Below, piece by piece: positions 1 through 11,339 of a stretch of DNA of 64,000 nt; position 1 is the first letter of the stretch; each line of letters begins with the position of its first letter. The stretch lies in assembly GCF_044704955.1 (NCBI RefSeq), contig NC_092001.1:19592001-19656000 (forward strand). Reading direction: 5' to 3'. The position numbers were made by a program, and so were the translations under genes. The notes beneath the pieces are model-generated. The model saw only the letters and a program-made list of their open reading frames with translations. It was not told the origin of the DNA and searched no databases. Origin of the DNA: Pristiophorus japonicus (Eukaryota).

Positions 1-123
1 GGCAAGGGTGTAAAGGGTTGCACAACCAAAGCGGGTAGATGGTGTTGAGGTAGATATCAGCCATGATCTGATTGAATGGCAGAACAGGATGGATGGGCTG
101 AATGGACTTCTCCTGTTCCTATG
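1..123 (+). mobile_element. CR1 LINE 3' terminal fragment (in Ig intron)
   Basis: Matches the 3' tail of the CR1 copies elsewhere in the window (ATCAGCCATGATCT..TTGAATGGC.GA.CAGG...; compare 59820-59900, and 17230-17300 and 61590-61660 on the minus strand). Confidence 0.75.
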
Positions 124-841
124 ACACTATTACTGTCCTGCATTTATATTTCTTCCTTACTCTCTCTCACTAGACATGATAAAAGCTCACTAATGACAGA
201 AATATAACAAAAAACTACTTCACATCAGTATTGCAATTTATTCCACATGACAAAAGACCCGTTGAAATTCCCTTACCACGACCTTTTACTTCTGCTCTGC
301 CGTGGGAGGGGCGGGGGCTGCGACTGGTTCCTGCACATTTTCATCAACCCCAAAATCACAAGACACCAGAAAATTAACTTTGTTTCCTGTTGCAACTATA
401 ATCCTGGATTTGATTTGACACTCGTTTTGAACCAATGCAATTTCCATGTAGAGCTCTTCATCCTGGGGGTTGAGCCATTATATTGAGGGGAAATGCGTTC
501 GCGCAGAAGGATCGATAGACGGGCGTAAAGGAGCAAGGATTTTCGGGACGAGCGCTATTCAGTGCATAACACAATTGCACCGAACGTTATTCAATGTTTT
601 ATGTCGGGTCTTTGCCTCACAGCCGATCACAGGTGGCTCTGGGTGCAAATACACAGGAAATGTTAAAGAGACTCCCGGGATGGCTGCCAATTCGTTGTCC
701 TTCCAATAATGATGGTTGTTAAGCAACAACGAGAGGTTAATATCTCAAAGGTGATTTATTCTACTTTTGGGAGTTAAGCAGAATGCTGCTATCCTGACTC
801 TGGAGATGAAGCTTTGCTTGACTTTCATTTCTGCTTCACAG

Positions 842-1147
842 AAGATTCCTCGTGCAACGATCCAACAATCACTCTTTCGCCGCCGTCACTCGAGCATGTC
901 TTAATGGAGGCGACAGTGACCTTAACCTGCATCGTGTCGAATGCTCCTTTTGGAGTCACCGTGTCCTGGGAGCGGAAAAAGGACATTTTGAAACCAGAGA
1001 ATCACGCTGAACAGGGAGAGGCCGATAGTGTGATCATCAAGTTAGACATCTCGACACAAAACTGGCTGAGTGGGATTGTGTTTGACTGCGTGGTGAGCCA
1101 TCGGGATATGCCGACTCCGATCAGAGGTTCCATCCACAAGGAAATGG
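842..1147 (+). CDS. IgNAR: Ig heavy-chain constant exon, penultimate C1-set domain (IgNAR C4; alternatively long-IgW C5)
   Basis: Acceptor TTCACAG ends 841, donor G|GTGAG at 1148, phase 1/1. Translation (E)[42 protein letters not shown]...[28 protein letters not shown] has the canonical Cys-Trp-Cys and resembles shark IgNAR C4 as I recall it. Confidence 0.9.
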
Positions 1148-1282
1148 GTGAGCGGCGTGATTGTTGGAACACGTGAGAGGCTGTGACTATTCCCGGTCCT
1201 TGTACATGGGCCAATTCGTTCTAATAAGTATTTTAATAGATTACTTTGATAATTCAAATGGTAATCCCACGAACTAAATACT

Positions 1283-1460
1283 CTGGGATATGGGATGATG
1301 CATTTAAGGGGAAGTTAGATAATTGCAGGAGGGAGAAAGCAATAGAAGGACATATTGCGTGGTTTCGATGGTGAGCTGGGAGTAGGCTCGTGTGGAGCAT
1401 AAAAGTTGGTATAAATCAGTTGGCCGAATGGCCTGGTTCCTAGCAGTGAATCCTATGTAA
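1283..1460 (+). mobile_element. Old CR1-type LINE 3' fragment in the intron between the two C exons
   Basis: GCATTTAAGGGGAAGTTAGATAA...GGCTCGTGTGGAGCATAAA...GGCCGAATGGCCTG resembles the CR1 ORF2 end and 3' UTR. Confidence 0.6.
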
Positions 1461-1663
1461 TTTTCCAGTACAACTCTTCAAGCTCCCAGAGAGAAGGATT
1501 TTATTCCATTTTGATCTGGGCTGAAAAACTGGACATGCCACAGAGGCGAAATTGTGAATCCTTAAAAATTCCGCGCAAACCACATATCTCGCGCATTTAA
1601 ACACCGGTGTCATTGTCTCTGGAAGTCTCCAGTTCATTGATGTTTATTGTAATTGATCTGCAG

Positions 1664-2055
1664 CTAAAGATCCGCGGGAACCGGTCGTGTCTGTCCTCCT
1701 GCCCTCGGCAGAAGAAATCTCCGCTCAGAGGTTGGTCAGCCTCACCTGCTTAGTGAGAGGTTTCTCCCCCCGAGAGATCTTCGTCAAGTGGACCGTCAAT
1801 GACAAGCCGGTGAATTCGGGCAACCACACGGACACCGAGGTGAAGACGGATAACAGCAGCAGCTCTTTCTTCACGTACAGCCTGTTATCCATTGCAGCCG
1901 AGGAGTGGGTCAGCGGTGCTTCTTACTCCTGTGTGGTAGGACATGAAGCCATCCCCTTGAAGACCATCATCAGAACAGTCAATAAATCCAGCGGTAAACC
2001 CAGTTTTGTGAACATTTCTTTTGGTCTGATGGTCACGGTCAATGCTTGTCAATGA
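1664..2055 (+). CDS. IgNAR: Ig heavy-chain last constant exon (IgNAR C5 / long-IgW C6) with secretory tailpiece
   Basis: Acceptor CTGCAG ends 1663 (phase 1). (A)[42 protein letters not shown]...[29 protein letters not shown] followed by tail [20 protein letters not shown] with N-glycan sequon and penultimate Cys; TGA 2053-2055. Confidence 0.92.
1991..1999 (+). promoter_or_regulatory. Internal 5' splice donor for the membrane isoform (AGCG|GTAAAC, cut after 1993)
   Basis: Canonical position at the G-K of SSGK; joining G1993 to AT4911-4912 gives an in-frame GAT (Asp) into TM1. Confidence 0.85.
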
Positions 2056-2083
2056 GAATCTCTCGATTGCATTTCAGTTCTTA

Positions 2084-2099
2084 AATAAAAACCAATAAA
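2084..2099 (+). terminator. Tandem poly(A) signals of the secreted mRNA
   Basis: AATAAA at 2084-2089 and 2094-2099, ~30-40 nt after the tailpiece stop. Confidence 0.8.
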
Positions 2100-2489
2100 T
2101 GCCTTTTCTTCCAATCGTGAGTTACACACACAGCCGCTCAATTAATTTTGTTTCTCATTTTTGCCAAAGGACGGGCTGTTAATGTGAAGCAGAGTTATTG
2201 TCGGAATGGGCACAAAGCTGGTACAGCCAGCGCTCCCAGCTCAGATACACCACAGTTTGGAGACAGAATGAAGCTCTTTCATGACAGGATTCCTCAAAGT
2301 AATTTCAGCAACTTTCTTCCCACTGGCAGAAACTGCAAAGTTCCATTTTCATACAAACAAATGCAGCACATTTAGATCTATGTGTCATTGTTTCTCGTGT
2401 TGTCCATCCCTTCAGATTTGGGGCCGGTTTTAATTGGCAGCATCGCACCCTCTTGGATCTGAAATGAGGGCGACACGGGAACAGGAACT

Positions 2490-3510
2490 GTACCTACCAC
2501 TGCCCCACCAGAGAGAGAGAACAAGTAAATTGTTAACCCCCTGTACCCCCCACTGCCCCACCAGAGGGGAAAGGTCAATTGTTAACCCCCTGCACCACCC
2601 ACTGACCTACCCGGTGGAGGGGAAAGGTCAATTGTTAAGCCACGGTACTCCCACGACCCCGCCAGAGAGAGGGGAAAGGTCAATTGTTAACACCCTGCAA
2701 CTCCCACTGCCCCAACAGAGCGAGGGGAAATGTCAATTGCTAACCCCCTGTACCCCCCACTGCCCCACCAGAGGGGAAAGGTCAATTGTAAACCCCCTGT
2801 ACCCTCCCTGCCCCACCAGGGGGAGGGGAAAGTTCAATCGTTAACCCACTGTACACCCACTACCGCACTAGAGAGAGGGGAAAGGTCAACTGTTAATTCA
2901 TTGTAAGACCACTGCCCCAACAGAGGGAGGGGAAAGGTCAATTGTTAATCTCCTGCACCTCCCACTGCCCCACCAGAGAGAAGGGAAAGGTCAATTGTCA
3001 ATCCCCTGTATCTCACACTGCCACACCAGAGAGAAGGGAAAGGTCAATTGTCAACCCCCTGGACCTCCCACTGCCCCGCCAGAGAGAGAGTGAAAAGGGC
3101 AATTGTTAACCATCTGTACCTCACACTGCCCCACCAGAGAGAGCAAAGGTCAATTGTTAATCCCCTGTAACTCACATTGCCCAACCAGAGGGAGGGAAAA
3201 GGGCAATTGTTAACCCCCTGTACCCCCCACCACTCCACCAGAGAGGAAATTCAATTGTTAACATCCTGTACCCGCCACTGCCCCACCAGAGATAGAGCAA
3301 AGGTGAATTGATAATCTCCTCTACCTCCCACTGCCCCACCAGGGGGAGGGGAGAGGTCAATTGTTAACCCCCTGTACATCCGCTGCCCCATCAGAGAGAG
3401 GGGAAAGGGTAATTGTTAACTCATTGTGTCTCCGATTCTCCAACACAGTGAGGGGAAACGGCAATTGTTAAGTCACTGTACCCCTCAATTCCCACCAGGG
3501 AGAGATGCCC
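2490..3510. repeat. ~52-53 bp minisatellite, ~19 units (GAGGGGAAAGGTCAATTGTTAACCCCCTGTACCCCCCACTGCCCCACCAGA-like)
   Basis: AAAGGTCA recurs at 2570, 2623, 2675, 2777, 2881, 2933, 2986, 3039, 3145. Confidence 0.9.
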
Positions 3511-3631
3511 ATCGTTGAATTGTTGCATCCGTCCTCTGACGTCACCTGGCGTCTCACGCTGAAAACATTTACACAGAGCGGGGAAGAATGCGTGCAAAAG
3601 TGTTTGCGTGTGTTTTTGTGAAAGTTCACGT

Positions 3632-4290
3632 TTACACATAAACACACAGAGACTTACACATAAACACGGACATAGGCACACTTACATAGGATATTACACA
3701 TGCCCAGAATATAATACACGCCGTCATTGTCTGAACCAGTTATTAGTACTCTCTGAAAGTTTGAATGACTGCAAAAATACACACACACACACTTACACTA
3801 AACAGACAAAATCACACGCATTAACACACATACACACACACGCACACACACATGCACTTACACTCGCATAAACACACACATGAACACAATCCCACTGACG
3901 CATAACACACATACACACATTTACATGCGAACACACACATTTACATACAAGCACGCACATGCTTACCCCTAAACATACAGAACACTTACACATAACCATA
4001 AACACACACATGAAAAACACACACATGAACGTACTTATACAAAACACACATATTTAAACATAAATACACAAAATTTCATATAAACACACAAAGACCGACA
4101 AGTAAACGTACACAAGCGTACGAAAAAAACACACACTTACACATAAATATAGATGCATAGAATCGCACATGAACACCCGCAAACTTGCATATCAACATTA
4201 CATTAACACACATCAACACACAAACACAGATTAAACCAGAACAAGTGATCGTCATGCACATATATGTAAACACTAAAGTGCACAAAATAC
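3632..4290. repeat. Degenerate (CA)n-rich low-complexity tract
   Basis: Continuous ACACAC/ACATAC runs on the + strand. Confidence 0.9.
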
Positions 4291-4910
4291 ATCAGGCTAT
4301 CGATGAATATAGAATTAAAATGCACTCTTGGAACAGCCTCCCAACCATTATATTAAATAATTCATTTCTGATGTCATAATATCTCACATTCCTCTATTCT
4401 GGTCCTACACACACACTGAATTAACGTTCTTAGTTGGAAACTGATGCAAGTTATTATGTTTAGAACATTGACCTTCACAAACTAATCAAGATTATAACTC
4501 ACATCTGACGTCTTACGCTGCCCGCTTGACAGTCTCCAAATAATTAGGTAGCTAAAACTATTGTTAAAATAATCGGTATCGCTCAGTAAACCTCCCTCGA
4601 TATTACATCATACTATTCCCGATCGGTAAATCCTATGAAATTTATACAAAATCAATGAGCTTGTGACATTTAAGGAAAACTGTCAAATTTTCCAACACGG
4701 ACTGTAGAAGGATCATAAAGGAAGAGCGACTGTGGAATTAGGAACACAGATAGATTGTTGGGAGTGATTAACTTAACACAGGGCATACATTGAACATCAA
4801 ATTAGAGAACAACCTAATAACTTAAGGAAATAAAATAGAATATATAACAATTATACGATATTTTGGATTAGCAAACGATCTGAATATTTTCCTCCTCTAC
4901 ATCTCCGCAG

Positions 4911-5038
4911 ATTCCTCAGATCATATCTGGGATGAAGACTACGAGGACCAGAGTGGCAACATCTGGACAACCGCTTCCACATTCATCATCCTGTTCTTCC
5001 TGAGCATGTTCTACAGTGCTGCCGTCACTCTGGTGAAG
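4911..5038 (+). CDS. IgNAR: Ig heavy-chain transmembrane exon TM1
   Basis: Pyrimidine tract and CCGCAG acceptor end 4910; (D)[42 protein letters not shown] has an acidic spacer and the conserved antigen-receptor TM motif; donor AAG|GTGAG at 5039. Not in the ORF track. Confidence 0.95.
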
Positions 5039-5176
5039 GTGAGAAGATTCAGTGCATTCGCTTCGAGCTGACTGAAGCGGTTTGCCAAATCTCTGAACGT
5101 TCCATTGATAAAAACCCTGAGATAAATGCCCCAAAGCACTAAATCCCTGCTTCAATCTTTTATCACTCTTTTACAG

Positions 5177-5185
5177 GTCAAGTGA
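5177..5185 (+). CDS. IgNAR: Ig TM2 exon coding part (VK-stop; cytoplasmic tail KVK)
   Basis: Acceptor CTCTTTTACAG ends 5176, then GTC AAG TGA. Confidence 0.92.
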   Translation, partial: VK

Positions 5186-5247
5186 TCGGCTGGATCTCGG
5201 CCGCCGTGGATTTTCCTCATTGGTTATTAACATCCCTGTGTCCTGAA

Positions 5248-5602
5248 AATAAACTAGGTTCTCTTGGTGATTCCCAGATTCAATTGACTTCAGTTTTTTC
5301 GTCTCTGTGTTTGAGAAGTGAGATATTCGTGGCTATAATGTAAATGTATCTCTGAGTTTCATAATTGTTTGAATATCTCATGTGTAACGAAGTCACTTTT
5401 CTCATTCATGATTCACAATTATTTCCTTCCCTTTATGTTGAACTGGTTCTCTCTCCCTTGTGTCTGTTGCAGTTGTACAGATAGCTGGCAGCTCAGGCCG
5501 TGTGTGTTCCAGGCTCAATGTGACGCTCATTTGTTATATTCAATTTGTGTTAACATTTTAAAAACGTCTCTGTAAATTGTTCTATGTGAAATTGTTAATA
5601 AA
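5248..5602 (+). terminator. Candidate poly(A) signals of the membrane mRNA
   Basis: AATAAA at 5248-5253 and 5597-5602; which one is used cannot be told from sequence. Confidence 0.6.
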
Positions 5603-5984
5603 TCATGAATGATAAATGGAATATATTGGACTTTGTTGAGTTCCATTCTCCAAGGCTCATTCACATCGTTCCCTTTCCCTATCATACTTTGTTTTATTCC
5701 CCTGAGAGTTATTCGTCACCCGTCCGGTTTGAGTTGTGTTTGAATCCAAGTCCCTTTGGTGAAGGGGCTGCGCCACCTAGTGTCCTATCATTGTAACGAC
5801 ACAATACCCCCAGCCTTTTTACGTTGTGCTGCAGAGGCGAAATGACTGCACAGCGAACAGGCGGATCATGCAGTCTCTTTTAATATTATGCTCTTTCACG
5901 TGCCAGGTTATGTTAAAGAGAAATACTCTGATGCATCAACGTCTGATAGATTATAGTACGTGTCAGAGTAAATCGCATTTTAAA

Positions 5985-6572
5985 CTCCCATCAAACATTC
6001 CCAGGGCTGGTGCTGCGCTGGTTAAATAGACAGTAAAGCTCCGTCTGCAATGTCCTATCAAACACTCCCAGGGCAGACACTGCACAGATGAGACCCAGAG
6101 TAAAGCTCCCTCTACACTGTACCATCAAACACTCCCAGAGCAGGTGCAGCACTGGTTAAACACAGTGAAAAGCTCCTTCTACACTTTCCCGTGAAACGCT
6201 CCCAAGGCAAGTACAGCACGGGATAGATACAAATCAAAGCTCTCTGTGCACTATCCCATCAAACACTCCCAGGGCAGGTACAGCACGGGTTAGATCCAGA
6301 ATACGTCTCCGGCTTCACTGTCCCATCAAACACTCCAAGGGTAGGTACAGCACGGCTTAGCTACAGAGTAAAGCTCCCTCAACACTGTCCCGTCAAATAC
6401 TCCCGCAGCATGTGCAGCATGGGTTAGATACAGAGAGTACAGTCCCATCTACAATGTACCAACACACTCCCAGGGCAGGTACACCACGGGTTAGATACAG
6501 AGCAAAACACAATCTACACAGTTCCATCACACAATGCAAGGGCAGCTACAGCACGGATTTGATATGGCACAG
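5985..6572. repeat. ~67 bp tandem repeat, ~9 units (CACTGTCCCATCAAACACTCCCAGGGCAGGTACAGCACGGGTTAGATACAGAGTAAAGCTCCCTCTA)
   Basis: Directly visible periodicity; the same unit reappears at 16900-17176. Confidence 0.9.
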
Positions 6573-6821
6573 AAAATCCGGGGAGCTCAAACTCTGGGAG
6601 TGATACCTAAAGCCTGGGGCCTATGTGACAAACAGACAGTCGTTCCGTTTTTACTGTACACACACAGAAAGCAAAGAAAGAGACTAAAGTTGGAGAGACT
6701 TTATTTGAGAGAGAGGTTCGGGATCACACAGCGTCTGCAGATACATTTGCAGCCTTCTGCCCAGTGAGCACCGCAAGATACAGGCAATGTGACAGGCGGG
6801 AAAATTGAAATGTGATGTAAG

Positions 6822-7033
6822 ACTAGTGTATGGAGAAAGAGTCAGACTGAACACTGCGAGCTCAAAGTAAAGTGTGACATTCGTCTTTTATTGCAGGTCT
6901 CCAGACTGCCTCTCCAACCTGTGAAGCCTTCTGAACTATCTGTGCTCCCAAGGGATTATGGGATTCCTTGGCACTCCGGGGAATGCGACTACTGGTGGCT
7001 GCACAGAGTAAATACAAGCCCACATATATAACA
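6822..7033 (-). repeat. 3' LTR of the Gypsy element
   Basis: Ungapped alignment to 11053-11264, about 31 mismatches in 212 by manual count. Confidence 0.9.
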
Positions 7034-9464
7034 ACATTCCCCCCCAGAGTATAACTATTGACAATGGGAGTCGATCTGGGGCCCTTATTGTCCTGGTTGA
7101 TCATCTCGGTGTGAAAGCTGGTGTAGTTGAATCATTTGTTGGGCGCTCGCCGGGCTGCTGTGCAGCTGGCCTTGCTGGGCTGCCTGGTGTGTTGGGCCCT
7201 GCAGGGCTGCTGTGGATGATGGGTTCTGCTTCATGGTCAACGTGGTGTCATTTCCCACTGGTGTGTGTGTTGATGGATCAAAAAAGGTAGGGTCCAATGT
7301 GGGTTGCTCAGGGTAGTCCGTGAATCTGAGTTTGATTTGGTCCAAGTGTTTCTGGTGAATGAGTGCATTTGAAAGTTTGACCCGACACACCCTGCTCCGC
7401 CCTTTGGCCATGACAGTGCCGGGAAGCCACTTGGGACCTAGTCCATAATTTAATACCAATACAGGATCATTGAATTCAATCTCGCGTGACACATTTGTGC
7501 TGTCATGGCGCGCACTTTGTTGAAGCTGCCTGCTCTCCACCTGTTCATGTATTTCAGTGTGTATAACAAGAGCCTTATCTTAAGTGCTCTTTTCATGAGC
7601 AGTTCAGCGGGTGGGATCCCAGTGAGCGAGCAGGGTCTTGTGCGGTAGCTAAGCAGGACTCGGGAAAACGAGTCTGGGGTGAGCCTTCAGTTACCCTCCT
7701 CAAGACTTGCTTGATGGTTTGCATTGCTCTCTATGCCTGACCATTGGACGCTGGTTGGAAACGGCGCAGTTTTGACATGCTTGATCCGTTAAGGTTCATG
7801 AATTCTTTGAAATCATTATTGGGAAAACATGGCCCGTTGTCGTTCAACAGAACATCGGGTAAGCTGTGTGTGGAAAACATGTCCCGCAGGCTTTCAGTGG
7901 TGGCAGCAGACTTGCTAGCCGACATTATCTCACATTCAATCCACTTGGAGTACGCGTCTACAACCACAAGGAACATTTTACTAAGCATGGGCCGGCATAG
8001 TCGACGTATACCCTAGCCAAGACCTGAAACTTAGAGGCGCCTCCCAGGGTACAATGCTTAACTGCGAGCATGCGTTACATCTGTGAATGCAGGACTCTAA
8101 GTCCGCATCGATACCGGGCCACCATACGTGGGATCTGCCTATCACTTTCATCATTATGATGCCTGTGCGGGTAGTTGGAGGCAATTGATGAAGGAGCCTC
8201 TGCCCTTCTGTGAAACACTACTCGATTGCCTCACAGCAGGAAGCCTGCCTATATAGACATTTCATCTTTGCGCCACTGGAATGGCTTTATATCTTCCTGC
8301 ATTTCCACTGGGACACTGGATCAACTCTCGTGAAGCACACAGCTTTTGACTAAGGATATAATGGGTCCTGCTTGTCCTGTGATGGGTGATTGCTCACTCT
8401 CAAATGCTTCTATAACCTTGGCTAGATCTGCAGGCCGCCCCATTTCCACCCCCGTGGTGGGCAATGGCAGCCTACTGAGAGCATCGGCGCAGTTTTCTGT
8501 GCCTGGCCTGTAATGGATGGCATGGTTGGATGCGGACATCATGAACGGCCATCTCTGGATGCGGGCCGATGCATTTGTATTTATCCCTTTACTCTCGGAA
8601 AAGTGGGATATAAGTGGCTTATGTTCAGTTTCTAATTCGAATTTTAGCCCAAGCAGGTATTGATCCATTTTCTTTACCCCATAGACACACGCTAACACTT
8701 CTTTTCCAGTCATGCTGCAGACAGACACCTTAGACAGACTCCTGGATGCATAAACCATCGGTTGCAGTTTCCTGAAATCATTAGCTTGTTGCAAAACCCA
8801 TTCGCCCCCTTTTCAAGTAAGACATGGAGTGCTTCTAGCAGGGTGCTAAGACCCGGTAAGAAGTTACCAAAGAAATTCAAGAGTCCCAGGAATGACTGCA
8901 GCTCCGCCACGTTCTGTGGCCGAGGTGCGTTCTCGATTGCCTCCGTCTTCGCTTTAGTGGGTCTGATTTCGTCCGCCGCATTCCTCCTTCCAAAGAAGTC
9001 CACTTCAGGCGGCAGGAAAACGCACTTTTAGCGATTTAAGGTGAGCCCCATGCGGTTGAGTCGACTAAGAACCTCCTCCAGATTCTGCAGATGCTCGACT
9101 GTGTTCCGACCTGTGTACAAGTTGTCGTCCTGGAAGATTATGTTGTGCGGGACCGACTTCAGTAAACTTTGTATGTTTCTCTGGAATATCGTCGCCACCG
9201 ATTGGATTCCAAACGGGCATCTGTTATAAACAAAAACACTTTTGTGCCTGTTGATGCCAGTGAGGGCCTTCGATGATTTCTCCAGTTCCTACCTCATGTA
9301 TGCTGAGGTCAGATCCCGCTTCGTGAACGCCTTTCCTCGCGCCAGCGTTGCAAAGAGGTCGTCGGCTTTTGGAAGGTGGTATTGATCCTGCAGGGAGAAA
9401 CGATTGATAGTTACTTTGTAATCGCCACAAATTCTGACGTTGTCGTCTCCCTTGAGGACTACAA

Positions 9465-9538
9465 CTCTCTCGCCTTCTATCTCTCTCTCGCCTTCTCTCT
9501 CTCTCTCTCTCTCTGTTTCTTTCTCTCTCTCACTCTCT
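9465..9538. repeat. (CT)n microsatellite inside the Gypsy RT
   Basis: CTCTCT run; reads EREREREGERE in ORF 9289..9669. Confidence 0.9.
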
Positions 9539-11052
9539 TGATCGGTGAGAAGATGCCCTCGCTTTGTAGCTGGTCGAGCTCGATTTCTACCCTTTTCTCG
9601 CATCATGTTCAGTACTGCTTTCACCTTGTGACGGATGGTTCGTGCCCCCGGAATTAGGTGGATCTGCACTTTTGCTCCTTGGTATTTCCCGATGCCTGAT
9701 TCGAACAGCGAAGGAAATTTGTTTAAGACCTGTGCCCATGGAGATCCGTCAGCGGGCGATCGCGCTCAGATGTGGTCCCAGTTCCAGCGTATCTTTCCCA
9801 GCCAGCTCCTGCCGAGCAGCATGGGACCATCGCCCGGTAACAAGCAGAGTGGTAGCTTGTGCACCATTCCATCGTAGCAGACCTTTATGGTAGCACTGCC
9901 TATTACAGGAATCAGTTATTTCGTGTAAGTTCTTAGTTTCGTGCGAACTGGAGTTTTGACTGGGCTTGAGGCCACGTTGCACCACAAAATTTCGAAAGTC
10001 TTTTCGCCCATGATGGACTGGCTCACCCATGTGTCCAGCTCCATTGACACCGGGAGTCCATTTAGTTCAACAAGTTCAACATTCAGCATTATCGGTGGAC
10101 AATTCGTGGTGAATGTTTGCACTGCATGTATCTCTGCCTCATCGGTCTGAGGCTCTGGTTCATCGTGATCCTCTATGGATATGTTCTCCTCTGCAACATG
10201 GTGGTTTGCTGGTTGAAGAAGTTTTGCAGCTTGCCTGCACACTCGTTGGCGATGTCCCATTGTTGCACAGCCCTTGTAAACGTACTCTTTGAATCGGCAT
10301 GAATGGAATCGATGACTGCCTGTTCAGCGCCAACAAGGTGTTAATGGCCTTGCCTTCATCATCCTTGATGATCGTCTTTGAGTCATCTGCGGACGTGCAG
10401 CTGCAGGTATGTTTGACCTGCCCTGTACATTATGATTCAAAAACAACATCAATTTGTTCACAGTACTTGTAGCAGCACTTTTGTGTTGAGAGATTTGCTT
10501 CGTATTGTCACTGATGGCAATATACGCCTGGGTTATCGCTGTGGCCTTACTCAAGGTTGGGGTCTCTACAGTCAAAAGTTTGCGAAGTATAGTCTCGTGG
10601 CCAATGTAAATTATGTAAAAGTCTCCGAGCATATGCTCCAAATGTCCTTCAAATTCGCAATGTCCAGCAAGGCTTCTTAGCTCGGCGAAATAACACGCCA
10701 TTTCCTCGCCTTCAGACCTTTTGTCGTTATAGAGCCGGTACCTCGCCATCAGAATGCTTTCCTTCGCGTTCAAATGCTCTCGGACCAGTGTGCACAAATC
10801 GTCGTACGATTTCTCTGTGGGTTTCGCTGGAGAAAGCAGATTCTTGATGAGGCCATACGTTGGTGCCCCACAGACGGTGAGGAGGATCGCCCTTCATTTG
10901 GCAGTGCTCTCTTCCCCATTCAGCTCGTTGGCCACGATGTATTGGTCGACTCGTTCCACAAATGTTTCCCAAACTTCTCCCTCCGAGAATTTCTCCAGGA
11001 TGCCCACTGTTCTCTGCATCTTTGGGTTCGCTGTTTGTATCTTGTTGCCAGT

Positions 11053-11264
11053 TGTTGTGTATGGAGAAAGCGTCAGACTGAACACTGTGAGCTCAAAGTA
11101 AAGTGTGACCTTTGTCTTTTATTGGAGGTCTCCAGAGTGCCTATCCAACCTGTGAAGCTTCCTTAAATACGTGTGACCCCAAGGGATTATGGGATCCCTT
11201 GGGACTCCAGGAGATGAGCCCTCTGGTGGCTGTACAGAGTAAATACAAGCGCACCTATTTAACA
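11053..11264 (-). repeat. 5' LTR of the Gypsy element
   Basis: TGTT...AACA termini, adjacent to the PBS. Confidence 0.9.
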
Positions 11265-11339
11265 CTCTCGATATTCAGTAAGACAAGGAATTAGCTAGAA
11301 ACTTACGACCATAAATCTCTTTGTTCCCATGCTTTATTG

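Larger units (their letters stand above)
6822..11264 (-). mobile_element. Degenerate Ty3/Gypsy LTR retrotransposon (Mag-like) with gag-PR-RT-RNaseH-IN and two LTRs
   Basis: 212-bp direct LTRs; PBS TGGCAACAAG (rc of 11041-11050); G-rich PPT (rc of ~7037-7047); gag (10324-11085); protease MELDTWVS; RT VRICGDYKVTIN and FQDD; RNaseH YASRSL and ETEHKPL; integrase VWWPGIDADLE..C..C, VVVDAYSKW, DNGPCF, PASNGQA; many frameshifts. Confidence 0.93.

Noticed and set aside
247-709. Short ORFs in the first intron
   Set aside because: No homology or splice support; intronic to the Ig gene
814-1176. ORF-track start and stop for the Ig domains (814..1176, 1687..2055)
   Set aside because: These are internal exons; true limits are set by splice sites (842-1147; 1664 onward)
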